Source of the DNA: an uncultured bacterium
GTDB taxonomy: Bacteria; Actinomycetota; Acidimicrobiia; Spongiisociales; UBA5794
Direction: 5' to 3'
DNA: 64,000 bases
Assembly: GCA_963844835.1 (NCBI GenBank)
Contig: CAWJPT010000007.1
Span: forward strand, 396,251-460,250
Positions 17,540 through 26,313 of the stretch are shown here, in pieces. Below the pieces are notes generated by a model. That model did no database searches, was not told the DNA's origin, and saw only the letters and a list, made by a program, of their open reading frames with translations. Every line of letters begins with the position of its first letter. Position 1 is the stretch's first letter. The position numbers were made by a program, and so were the translations under genes.

Positions 17540-18705
17540 CTACTTACGGGAGCTGATGTGATTGATAGGGAGATTGAGGACGCTGTGCTCGATCAGCCCG
17601 AGCTCCTTAGCGTTGCGCAGCCATTGGGAGATGTCGCGCGGCGTGATGATGCCGACAACCTCTCCAGCGTCGATGACGAGCACCCGGTTCGTCTCGTGGC
17701 CGGTGAGCGCATCGAGAACGTCATCCATCGACGTATCGGGTGAGACGCTTGCCGCATCCGCCAGCGGAGTCATCACCGCGCCCACGGTCACTTCGGCCCG
17801 ACGCGCCGGCTTGGTGTCGCGGATCGCGTTCTTCGCCAGGATTCCGACGGTCGCCCCGTTGCGGCTGACCAGGAACGATTGGTGATCGGCCGGGAGGAGG
17901 TGCTCGTCGATTGCCTGGCTGAGACTCATATCGCTCGGGAGCACATCCAGCTGTGAACGCATCACGCGTTGTGCCGGGACATGCTCGAGCAGCTGCCGTA
18001 CGTAGACCTGCGAGTAGGAGGCACGTGCCGCCTCAGTGAGGAACCAGCCGATGCCTGCGTTCCACACACCGGCGACGACATTGCCCGTGAAGATGGCTAC
18101 CAGGCCGAGGCCCATCAGGAGGTAGCCGAATCCCAAGCCTGCCATTGACGCGATGCGTGTGGCGCGGGCTCGGTCCCCGCTCACTCTCCAGGCGATGGAG
18201 CGCAACACCCGCCCGCCGTCCAGAGGGAAGGCAGGCACCAGGTTGAAGACACCAAGGGCAAGGTTCACCCAGCCGAGGTAGCCGAGCGCACCGAGCCACA
18301 CCGCCGGAAGCGGGGCAGTCTTGACGGTTAGCCAGAAGAGCAGAGCGATGGCGAAGCTGGTGAGCGGGCCAACGATGGTGATCCAGAACTCGTCACCCGG
18401 GTGCTCGGCATCGAGGTCGATGTTGCTGACACCGCCGAAGAGGAACAGCGTGATCGACCGGACCTCGAGCCGCGGGCTCGCGCCGTGAGGGAGTGGGCGA
18501 GCTCGTGGAGGAGTACTGAGGCGAAAAAGAGGATGGTGGAGACAACGGTGAGGAGTATGAGCACTCCCGTAGCCGTGCCCGTAAACATCACGTCGAAGTT
18601 CCCGAAGAAGAGGAATCCGATGAGCAAGACGACGATCGCCCATGAGGCATCGATGCGGATCTCGACACCGGCGATGCGAGCGATACGCCAGGAGTTCCCG
18701 AACAT
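17540..18705 (-). CDS. site-2 protease family (M50) zinc metalloprotease with C-terminal CBS pair (one frame break near 18470-18480)
   Basis: The N-terminus MFGNSWRIARIAGVEIRIDASW...LLHELAHSLTARARG (HExxH) is in the frame of ORF 18328..18885. It continues as LEVRSITLFLFGGVSN...NLVPAFPLDGGRVL plus CBS domains in ORF 17540..18736. Confidence 0.85.
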
Positions 18706-19004
18706 GTGGCCCTCCAGTGAGCAGTTCGTTTTCCACTCCATACCCCGCATTCGTAGGTGCGAAACCGGAGATCGATGGCCGTGGTCAGCAGGCGGCAAGC
18801 GTCCCAGCAAGCGGCCGCGACATCGCGGCCAGGTCGCACCAGGCGGCGAGGAGACGGGCACAGCGCAGCTTGCGCCCGAAGCCATTGCTCAGAAAACGTC
18901 GCATCTACGACCGGAGGTCGCGGCCTCGCCAGGAACCCTGCATCTGCATCGTGTGGAAGGAACGAAGATCGGCCTGAGACCTCATGCCCTGCGGCTGCTG
19001 CGTC

Positions 19005-19778
19005 CTAGAACACGTTGCCGAGAACACCGGCGCGCCATAGGACCAGGGCATCCATGGTCACCGCTACGCCGACATGGAGAAAGATGCCGGGGACAAAGCT
19101 CTTCGATCTGAGTGCCAAATACCCGAGGATCAGCCCGGCGAAGATCGCGGCGAATGCTTCGGGGGCGGGCTTGCCGAAGTGGATCATCGTGTACGGGATC
19201 GTCATGATGGCGATTCCCAGGAGACCAAAGCGCTTCGTCAACCCAAATGTGAGGAACCCTCGGAAGAAGGCCTCGATACCGACGAACTGGAAGGCATAGC
19301 CAAACTCGTACCACCAGAACGCTCCCCCTCCCTCCAGAGCACGTTTGTAGAACGGGTAGTAGGTGCCGAAGCTGTGGAAGCTCGATGCCCAGAACAAGAG
19401 CGGGAACATGACGAGATACATGAGCCCGTAGACGGGAAAGTGTTGCAGGGTGCCGCGAATCCGGAATCCCCAGTCGCCCGGCGACTCCCGGATCAACCAA
19501 TAGATGATGCCGGCAGGCACCATCGTGCGCAACACGAGTGACGTGGCGCCCCAGTACAGGTATGCGCCGACACCCGGATGAGTGCCGAGAAAACCACCCG
19601 CATTGGCGGCTACCCAGTCGATCATCCCGGACTTGACGTAGAACTCCGGCCGACCCCAATAGCGAAAGACATACAGGAGCACGGTGCCGGCAATGATGAC
19701 GATGAATGCCACCCGATCGGCATGCTCATCATCCCGGACATCGAGGTCGAGTGGTACCTGCAAGCTGTCGAGCAACAC
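19005..19778 (-). CDS. CPBP family intramembrane glutamic endopeptidase (CAAX/Abi-type)
   Basis: 257-aa polytopic ORF with CPBP motifs IEAFFRGF, YTMIHF and FLHVGVAVTMD. Confidence 0.7.
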   Translation of the reverse strand: MLLDSLQVPLDLDVRDDEHADRVAFIVIIAGTVLLYVFRYWGRPEFYVKSGMIDWVAANAGGFLGTHPGVGAYLYWGATSLVLRTMVPAGIIYWLIRESPGDWGFRIRGTLQHFPVYGLMYLVMFPLLFWASSFHSFGTYYPFYKRALEGGGAFWWYEFGYAFQFVGIEAFFRGFLTFGLTKRFGLLGIAIMTIPYTMIHFGKPAPEAFAAIFAGLILGYLALRSKSFVPGIFLHVGVAVTMDALVLWRAGVLGNVF

Positions 19779-19871
19779 ATTCCTCCGTGGCGAGTAGCGA
19801 GTGTACGCGGCAAAAAGCCGTTCCCGAGTGCCAATCCTGCCAACTAGTGTTTTCGCGAACTGGAGGTCTCA

Positions 19872-20654
19872 ATGCGTCCCATCTGGAAAGGTGCCATATC
19901 CTTCGGGCTCGTCACGATCCCGGTGGGCTTGTATGCCGCCACCGAGAACAAGCGGCCGTCGTTCCGTCAACTCCGTGATTCCGATCACTCGAGGATCCGG
20001 TACAAGAAGGTCGCCGAGGCTGATGGTGAAGAGGTGGCCAACGAAAATATCGTCAAGGGCTACGAGGTCGACAAGGAACGCTACGTCGTATTCACCACCG
20101 AGGAGCTCCAGGACATAATGAAGGGCCTGACCGGCGGGATCGTCGACGTTGTCCAATTCGTCGATCGCGCCGAGATCGACCCGATCTACTTCCAGAGCTC
20201 CTATTACCTCGCACCTGAGAAGTCGGGGGTGAAAGCCTACCGCCTCCTGCTCGCCGGTCTCGAAGAGCGAAACATGGTCGGTGTCGCCAAGGTGGCCATC
20301 CGCGAGCGTGAGTATCTCGCCACACTGCGGGCCGAGGAGGGCGTGATCATCCTCGAGACCATGTACTGGCCGGACGAGATCAGGGAACCCGTCTTCGAGA
20401 GTCTCAATGACGAGATCGAGATCCGGGACGAGGAGATGAAGATGGCCACGATGATCATCGACAACCTCGCCGGGACCTTCGATCCGTCCGCATGGCACGA
20501 CGAATCCCGGGAAGCCGTCGAAGCCGCCGCCGCCGCCAAGATCGAAGGTCAGGAGATCGTCGCCCCGCAGATCTCAGAGCCCACCGGGGTCGTCGATCTC
20601 ATGGAAGCGCTGCGGGCCAGCGTAGAGGCAACCAAAGAGAAGAAGGCCGTCTAG
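19872..20654 (+). CDS. ku: non-homologous end joining protein Ku
   Basis: The N-terminus MRPIWKGAISFGLVTIPVGLYAATE and the 260-aa length are typical of bacterial Ku. Confidence 0.92.
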   Translation: MRPIWKGAISFGLVTIPVGLYAATENKRPSFRQLRDSDHSRIRYKKVAEADGEEVANENIVKGYEVDKERYVVFTTEELQDIMKGLTGGIVDVVQFVDRAEIDPIYFQSSYYLAPEKSGVKAYRLLLAGLEERNMVGVAKVAIREREYLATLRAEEGVIILETMYWPDEIREPVFESLNDEIEIRDEEMKMATMIIDNLAGTFDPSAWHDESREAVEAAAAAKIEGQEIVAPQISEPTGVVDLMEALRASVEATKEKKAV

Positions 20655-20815
20655 TCCTCGAGGATCTCGAGCTCAGCGGTGAGACGAGCCGCGGCAAGCA
20701 CCAGAGTCACTGTGATTGCCGACACGATGGCTTGCAGGGCGATCATTTTCTTCCTATCGCCCGCAGCATGCTGAGTCTTGATTCCTGGATTTCGCGAGCT
20801 CGGAAAAACCTGAGG

Positions 20816-21736
20816 TCAGGGTGACCCAGGACCCTCCGTTTGCCAGGTCACATTGGCGATCGGGTCATCCGTGAACCCCAGGAACGAAGGCGCCCGCACC
20901 CGCCCCCCTGAAGTCCACTGCTTGTAGCGGACCATCGCAACCAATTGCGGCCGCACCCAGGTTGACCCTCGCGGCATCTCGGCGTCGGGGTGAAACAGGC
21001 TCTCCCCGACCACCATCTCGTCGAGAGCAGCTCGAATGGCGACAAGTGCTCGATCGTCGAAGCCGGACCCGACCGCGCCGATCCACCGCAACCGATCACC
21101 GTGCCACAGGCCGAGCAGCAGTGCACCGAAAGTGCCCGATCTGCCCCCGGTGCCCCGGGTGAAGCCGCCGACAACCGCCCGAAGCTGCTTGAAGTTGCCA
21201 ACCTTGCGCCAGTCGGGACTACGGAGCCCGGGAACGTACGCGCTCCCCAGGCGCTTGCCGACAATGCCCTCCAGATCGTTCTGAACCACAAAATCCCAGA
21301 TCGCGCCGGAGCTTCGAGGGTACTGATCGCCACACACCAGCGGCGGCGGCAGCTCCAACTCACGGAGTCGAGCCACCCGTTCCTCCAGTCGCTCGTCGAG
21401 AAGCGGCCCGCCATCTGCAAGAAGATCGAAGACGACATAGGTGACAGGGGTCATTGGCTCGCCCAGCCCCGGGACCCGGTTCATCCGACCCTGCAGGCGC
21501 TCGAACGATGGTCGCCCGGTCGCATCGAGGGCCACGATCTCACCGTCGAGCACCAACCCGTGAGGTAGTTCGAGCGCAGCCAGCTCGGGATAGCGAGCAC
21601 TCATGTCGTTGCCACGTCTCGAGCGAAGATCGAGCACATCGCCCTGCGTGCTCGCGATACAGCGGACTCCGTCCCACTTCAGCTCGAAAACCCATTGGTC
21701 GTCGTCGAATGGCTGCGGCCACGCGCTGGCGAGCAT
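20816..21736 (-). CDS. ATP-dependent DNA ligase (ligase-domain-only LigD/LigC type)
   Basis: 306-aa ORF with the adenylation motif FELKWDGVR (KxDG) and an OB-fold C-terminus. No polymerase/primase or phosphoesterase domain is attached. It is convergent with ku. Confidence 0.85.
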   Translation of the reverse strand: MLASAWPQPFDDDQWVFELKWDGVRCIASTQGDVLDLRSRRGNDMSARYPELAALELPHGLVLDGEIVALDATGRPSFERLQGRMNRVPGLGEPMTPVTYVVFDLLADGGPLLDERLEERVARLRELELPPPLVCGDQYPRSSGAIWDFVVQNDLEGIVGKRLGSAYVPGLRSPDWRKVGNFKQLRAVVGGFTRGTGGRSGTFGALLLGLWHGDRLRWIGAVGSGFDDRALVAIRAALDEMVVGESLFHPDAEMPRGSTWVRPQLVAMVRYKQWTSGGRVRAPSFLGFTDDPIANVTWQTEGPGSP

Positions 21737-21750
21737 GGGCTCGTAGCGGA

Positions 21751-22206
21751 CTATGCGCCCAGCTCCTCACGGACGAGACGGTTCACCAACCCACCATCGA
21801 GATCCTGACCTGACTTCATGACGTGCCCGATCACTCTCCCCACCATCTTCGGGTCGCTAGCGCCCAACTCTGCGATCGCAGATCGAACGATGGCGCGCGT
21901 CTCATCCTCACCGGCGAGCTTGGGCAGCCAGCGTGACAAATAGTCGACCTCGTACGCCAGCTTGGCGGCCTGCTCGGCACCGCGCTCTCCGGCGGCTTCG
22001 AACTCAGCCCGCGCCTTGGACATCTTCTTGACGTACGACCCGATCACTTCCTTGTACAGGTCGTCGTCGGCTTCGCCGGAGAAACCGGGTGCCGAGCGGG
22101 CAATCGAGATCTCGGTCTCCACCTGCCGGACGACGTTGCGACGTGCCTTGTCACCCGTCTTCATCGCATCTATCAGTTCGGCCGCGAGCTCTTCTCTTAT
22201 TCCCAT
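21751..22206 (-). CDS. GatB/YqeY domain-containing protein
   Basis: Reading from MGIREELAAELIDAMKTGDKARRNVVRQVETEI...GRVIGHVMKSGQDLDGGLVNRLVREELG gives a YqeY-like protein of about 151 aa. The upstream part of ORF 21751..22389 is unlikely to be coding. Confidence 0.75.
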   Translation of the reverse strand: MGIREELAAELIDAMKTGDKARRNVVRQVETEISIARSAPGFSGEADDDLYKEVIGSYVKKMSKARAEFEAAGERGAEQAAKLAYEVDYLSRWLPKLAGEDETRAIVRSAIAELGASDPKMVGRVIGHVMKSGQDLDGGLVNRLVREELGA

Positions 22207-22450
22207 CTCACCTTCTCCTGAGGGACCTCGGACGAATCGACAACCCATCGACACCATAGATTCGTTGAGGCAGTGTGCACCCTCTCCATGATTGATCACC
22301 ACCCTCCCAGCACGGTAGCGCCCAACGCCGGTCACATGATGGTCCCTAAAGAGGGGGGCCAAAATACCCCTTGAATCGTTCCGACTCATACCCTTAGACT
22401 GCGCAGTCGAGGTTACGCAAATCGACGTGCCCTCATAATTGAGATGACCT

Positions 22451-22466
22451 TGTGAAAGCGCTCACA
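22451..22466. promoter_or_regulatory. CRP/GlxR (Crp-FNR family) binding-site consensus TGTGA-AAGCGC-TCACA
   Basis: Perfect TGTGA-N6-TCACA palindrome 33 nt upstream of the whiB ATG, embedded in TTGTGAAAGCGCTCACATTCACAA. The local DNA is lower-GC promoter-like sequence. Confidence 0.6.
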
Positions 22467-22498
22467 TTCACAAACACCCCGAGGAGCGAGGCAACAGC

Positions 22499-22786
22499 AT
22501 GCTGACACTGACCGATTGGCGCGAACTCTCTGCGTGTAGAGACAGCGATCCGGAAGTCTTCTTCCCGATCGGCACTACCGGACCGGCCGTCGGCCATATC
22601 GAGAGAGCCCGCGCCATCTGCTCAGCATGCTCAGTCAGCGAAGAATGCCTGCAATACGCCCTCGAAACCAATCAGGAATCAGGTGTCTGGGGTGGTTACC
22701 CCGAAGAGGAGCGTCGTCGTCTCCGCAAGCGCTGGCTCGCCGAGCGCCGCCGTCGTCGTCAGGAAGCACAGCGTCGCGCGTCCTAG
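22499..22786 (+). CDS. whiB: WhiB family transcriptional regulator (WhiB1-like)
   Basis: 95 aa with four Cys (C13, C41, C44, C50), FFPIGTTGPA, and the SGVWGG turn followed by a basic tail. The RBS GAGGAG lies upstream. Confidence 0.9.
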   Translation: MLTLTDWRELSACRDSDPEVFFPIGTTGPAVGHIERARAICSACSVSEECLQYALETNQESGVWGGYPEEERRRLRKRWLAERRRRRQEAQRRAS

Positions 22787-23027
22787 CGACAAGGGCACCT
22801 GCTCCGCATTCCCCTCCGAGTAAATCGAGTGAATTGAAGGCCGCCGCTGTTTGCGGCGCGCCCTCCCGGGCATTGTCCCCGAGCCGTGGGCCATCCGGCC
22901 CTTACATGCCTGCCAGCGAATGTGCTGAGATCTCATAAGGAACGGGGAGAGTGCTCGGTCGACCGGTGTCCCTCATCAATGTGTCCCGTCCCCTTGGGAT
23001 GCCCGGTCGGTGTCACAGGAGGAGAAA

Positions 23028-24011
23028 ATGAGCAAGCGGTTACCCGCCTTAGGGGTGCTCGCAATCGGCGTCATTGTGCTGATTGTGCTGTTCACCACGA
23101 ATCTGTTCACCGTCGGCAGCGCCTTCGAGGATCTGACCGATGCATTCCGACCGATCATGACCGACCAGGCAATCGAAACGGCTCAAACGGACGTCGCCGC
23201 TCTTGGAGAGGTGTCGAACGAGTTCAGTACCAAGATTGCCCCTGCCCTTGCCCAGGCGATGCAGATGACGCCCGAGGAGCTGAATGCCTTCCTCGGGACC
23301 AATTTCCCCGCCGTGGCGGCCGGCGTTGCTGCCCTGCCGCAGATCGTGCCCCAATTCACCGGGGTCGTAGATCTGTTGGCGGCGCAGCAGTCCAACTTCG
23401 AGCAGGCCGATGCGATCCCGACCAGCAATCTGCCGGCAACAACCGTGCCGTGGATCATCCTGCTGATCGGAATAGCTGCGATCGTCGTCGGCATCGTGAT
23501 GCTCCGTGGTACCAGGTTCGCCTGGCTGATCGCGGTCGGGTTCGGTGTCCTCGTCGTTGCCTTCACGCTCGTGCTGTCGTTCCTGCCCAAGTCCTCGGCA
23601 GCCGATGACATGAACGCGGCGCTCAAGCCCGTCTACAACCAGGAGCTGGTCTCCGGATCGGCGCAGGCCCTCGGTGTTGTCGGCGCCATGGGCCAGCAGA
23701 TGAGCCAGGAGATGCTCCCTGCACTGAGCCAGGCGTTGGGGATGGATGCCACCCAGATGCAGGGATTCCTGAGTCAATTCCCCGCCACCGCGGGGGCACT
23801 GGAGAACCTCCCCGCTTCAATCGACAGGTTCCAAAAGATGGTGACGGCATTCGATAGCCAACTCGACAACTACAACACCATCAAGAACACCAAGCTGAAC
23901 CCGATCGCGCTGATGATCCTCGTCGCGGGATTGCTCGTGATCGTCTGCGGCGTATGGAGCTTCATGGCGGATCGGAATCGCCCCGCCGAGATGCCGACAC
24001 AGACCGAGTAG
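23028..24011 (+). CDS. hypothetical membrane protein with internally duplicated TM-plus-helical module
   Basis: AGGAGGAG lies upstream of ATG 23028. MSKRLPALGVLAIGVIVLIVLF is the first TM segment. The two halves share PALAQAMQMTPEELNAFLGTNFPAVAAGVAALPQ versus PALSQALGMDATQMQGFLSQFPATAGALENLPA, and each half ends in TM segments. Confidence 0.6.
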   Translation: MSKRLPALGVLAIGVIVLIVLFTTNLFTVGSAFEDLTDAFRPIMTDQAIETAQTDVAALGEVSNEFSTKIAPALAQAMQMTPEELNAFLGTNFPAVAAGVAALPQIVPQFTGVVDLLAAQQSNFEQADAIPTSNLPATTVPWIILLIGIAAIVVGIVMLRGTRFAWLIAVGFGVLVVAFTLVLSFLPKSSAADDMNAALKPVYNQELVSGSAQALGVVGAMGQQMSQEMLPALSQALGMDATQMQGFLSQFPATAGALENLPASIDRFQKMVTAFDSQLDNYNTIKNTKLNPIALMILVAGLLVIVCGVWSFMADRNRPAEMPTQTE

Positions 24012-24031
24012 ACGCGGTCTTCCACGATTGA

Positions 24032-24059
24032 GCGGCCCCGGGCATCTGCCCGGGGCCGC
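24032..24059 (+). terminator. intrinsic-terminator-like hairpin GCGGCCCCGGGC-ATCT-GCCCGGGGCCGC
   Basis: Perfect 12-bp stem followed by TTCGTTGTTCG. It lies between convergent genes (stops at 24011 and 24104). Confidence 0.6.
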
Positions 24060-24103
24060 TTCGTTGTTCGATCGCCCACCGCAAGACGGCCGGCGTGCCC
24101 GAA

Positions 24104-24331
24104 TCAACCGAAGCCGACTGCTCGGTCACTGGCTCGGGCGACTTCGACGAAGGCAAGACGCTCGGCGACAATGCCGTGACGACCACCCTGGTCGTCTGTG
24201 ACCCAGACGAATCCTTCTTTGTCGACGATCCCCTTCTCGAGCGCGGCCACCGCATCGTCGACGTCATCCACCTGGATCTCGAGTTCCCTGGCGCCGTCGA
24301 TCCCAATCCGCAGCTTGCCGTCGTTGCTCAT
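24104..24331 (-). CDS. DUF3107 domain-containing protein
   Basis: 75-aa protein MSNDGKLRIGIDGARELEIQVDDVDDAVAALEKGIVDKEGFVWVTDDQGGRHGIVAERLAFVEV...VGFG, resembling the actinobacterial DUF3107 family. Confidence 0.65.
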   Translation of the reverse strand: MSNDGKLRIGIDGARELEIQVDDVDDAVAALEKGIVDKEGFVWVTDDQGGRHGIVAERLAFVEVARASDRAVGFG

Positions 24332-24366
24332 AGTTCAGTCCTGTCGTTGGCTGTGACGAATCGTAA

Positions 24367-25467
24367 TCAGTTGATGACAAGCTGGGGGTGGCTCCGCAAC
24401 CTCGGCTTGCGCTTCTCGACCTCACCCGCAAGGCGGGAGAACGCGGCCGCGGCCTCGCTGCCAGGTTCGGCAACCACAATCGGAGCACCGGCGTCGGCAG
24501 AAGATCGAATCTCGGAGACAAGCGGAATCTGACCGAGCAACGGCACACCGAGCTCCTCGGCGAGAGCCGCTCCCCCGCCCTCACCGAAGATCTGATAGCG
24601 CTTGCCGTCGTCACCGGTGAACCAGGACATGTTCTCGACAACGCCGAGAATCTCCTGATTGACCTTCTTGGCCATCAGTCCTGCCCGCTTGGCGACCCGC
24701 TGGGCCGTGACCTGCGGTGTCGTGACTATCAGTGCCTGCGCCATCGGCAAGAACTGAGAGAGCGAGATCGAGATGTCCCCGGTGCCGGGTGGCATGTCGA
24801 CCAGCAGGTAGTCGGGATCGTCCCAATGGACGTCGGTGAGGAATTGCTCCATCGCCTTGTGCAGCATCGGTCCACGCCAGATGACCGCCTGATCGTCGGG
24901 CACGAAGAAATCCATCGACATCGCCTTGACGCCATGGATCTCAGGGGGGAACAACACCTCGTCTATGACCGTCGGGGGCCGATCGATGCCGAGCATCCGG
25001 GGAATGGAGAATCCCCATACGTCTGCATCCATCACACCGACCGTCTTACCCATGGCAGCCAGCGCCGCGGCGAGGTTGGTGGTGACAGATGACTTGCCGA
25101 CACCGCCCTTGCCTGAGGAGACGGCGATCACACGGGTCTTGCTCCCGGCCTGGGCCATGGGGATCGTGGGGGTGTCGACACCTCCGCGAAGATCTCTGGT
25201 GAGCTCATTGCGCTCCTCATCGGTCATCGAGGTGAACGAGACGCTCACGCCGGTGACACCGGCCACCGTCTGTGCTGCGGCCGTCACATCTCTGGTGAGC
25301 GTGTCCTTCAACGGACAGCCTGGAATTGTCAGAGCAACGAGAACACGGACAGAACCGTCGTCATCAACCTCGAGCTCACGCAACATGTTGAGCTCTTCGA
25401 GGCTGCGGTGAATCTCTGGATCCTCAACCTGGCCAATCGCGGTACGCAGCGCGGCGACATCGATCAC
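24367..25467 (-). CDS. Mrp/NBP35 (ApbC) family Fe-S cluster carrier ATPase with N-terminal DUF59 domain
   Basis: Deviant Walker A SGKGGVGKSS, the MinD/ParA-like core, and an N-terminal DUF59-like segment (VDDDGSVRVLVALTIPGCPLKD). Confidence 0.88.
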   Translation of the reverse strand: MIDVAALRTAIGQVEDPEIHRSLEELNMLRELEVDDDGSVRVLVALTIPGCPLKDTLTRDVTAAAQTVAGVTGVSVSFTSMTDEERNELTRDLRGGVDTPTIPMAQAGSKTRVIAVSSGKGGVGKSSVTTNLAAALAAMGKTVGVMDADVWGFSIPRMLGIDRPPTVIDEVLFPPEIHGVKAMSMDFFVPDDQAVIWRGPMLHKAMEQFLTDVHWDDPDYLLVDMPPGTGDISISLSQFLPMAQALIVTTPQVTAQRVAKRAGLMAKKVNQEILGVVENMSWFTGDDGKRYQIFGEGGGAALAEELGVPLLGQIPLVSEIRSSADAGAPIVVAEPGSEAAAAFSRLAGEVEKRKPRLRSHPQLVIN

Positions 25468-25509
25468 AAAACCTTCTCCTATGCGCGTAGTGAATAGAAA
25501 CTATAGTGA

Positions 25510-26247
25510 GTGTCGATACCCCTACTTCGACGCCGCACGAAAGCTACCGGGATGGATACAGCCCAACTTGATCAGCAGCTCGGTGATCTCGCCTCGACTC
25601 TCGGAGATGCCACCCGACGCGGCATATACATGACCGTCCGCGAGTCTGTGGAGCCGGTGACCGCTCAGCAGATTGCCGGGTTGTTCGATATCCACACCAA
25701 TGTCGCCCGTCATCACCTCGACCGCTTGGTCAGCGACGGGTATCTGCAAGTGACCATGCGCCACCGATCGGAACGGAGAGGACCGGGAGCAGGCAGACCC
25801 GCCAAGCACTACGAGACGACGAGCAAAGAGATATCGGTCCAATTCCCGCTCCGCCGCTACGACTTGCTTGCAGAGTTGCTGGCGCGCATGGTGCAGCGGA
25901 TCGCCCCCGACACGGCTGCCCAGGTAGCAGAGGAGGTCGGCCGTGAGTACGGCCGCGAGCTGGCCGCCGAGGTCGGGCTCGCCGAGGACGCGGGCTTCGA
26001 CACGGCCGTGCAGGCCGTAGCCAAAGTGATGATGGGCGTCGGTTTCGAGAGTGAAGCCGTCACCTCAGAGCACCTGATCGTCACCACGTTCTGCCCATTC
26101 GGGGACACCGCGTCCAACCACCCTGAGCTGATCTGCAAACTCGATCAGGGAATCGTGGCAGGCCTGCTCGAATCGCTGCAGGCGCACGGAACACCGGTAG
26201 TGACACCCCGCCTACACAGTGACGAGGACTGCCACACCGAAATCTGA
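25510..26247 (+). CDS. ArsR/SufR-like winged-helix transcriptional regulator with C-terminal Cys cluster
   Basis: The wHTH segment is RRGIYMTVRESVEPVTAQQIAGLFDIHTNVARHHLDRLVSDGYLQV. C-terminal cysteines are TTFCPFGDT...LICKLDQG...DEDCH. An alternative start is ATG 25552. Confidence 0.6.
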   Translation: MSIPLLRRRTKATGMDTAQLDQQLGDLASTLGDATRRGIYMTVRESVEPVTAQQIAGLFDIHTNVARHHLDRLVSDGYLQVTMRHRSERRGPGAGRPAKHYETTSKEISVQFPLRRYDLLAELLARMVQRIAPDTAAQVAEEVGREYGRELAAEVGLAEDAGFDTAVQAVAKVMMGVGFESEAVTSEHLIVTTFCPFGDTASNHPELICKLDQGIVAGLLESLQAHGTPVVTPRLHSDEDCHTEI

Positions 26248-26313
26248 TCCCGCTCAATAGTCGTCGCGAGATGCCGATATAGCTCACATCGACTGAAGAG
26301 CGGGGATACCACA

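Noticed and set aside
22450-22473. Rex operator (TTGTGAA-N4-TTCACAA) interpretation of the whiB upstream palindrome
   Set aside because: The two TTGTGAA/TTCACAA arms are separated by 10 nt, not 4. The inner TGTGA-N6-TCACA fits the CRP spacing exactly, so it was reported as CRP-type.
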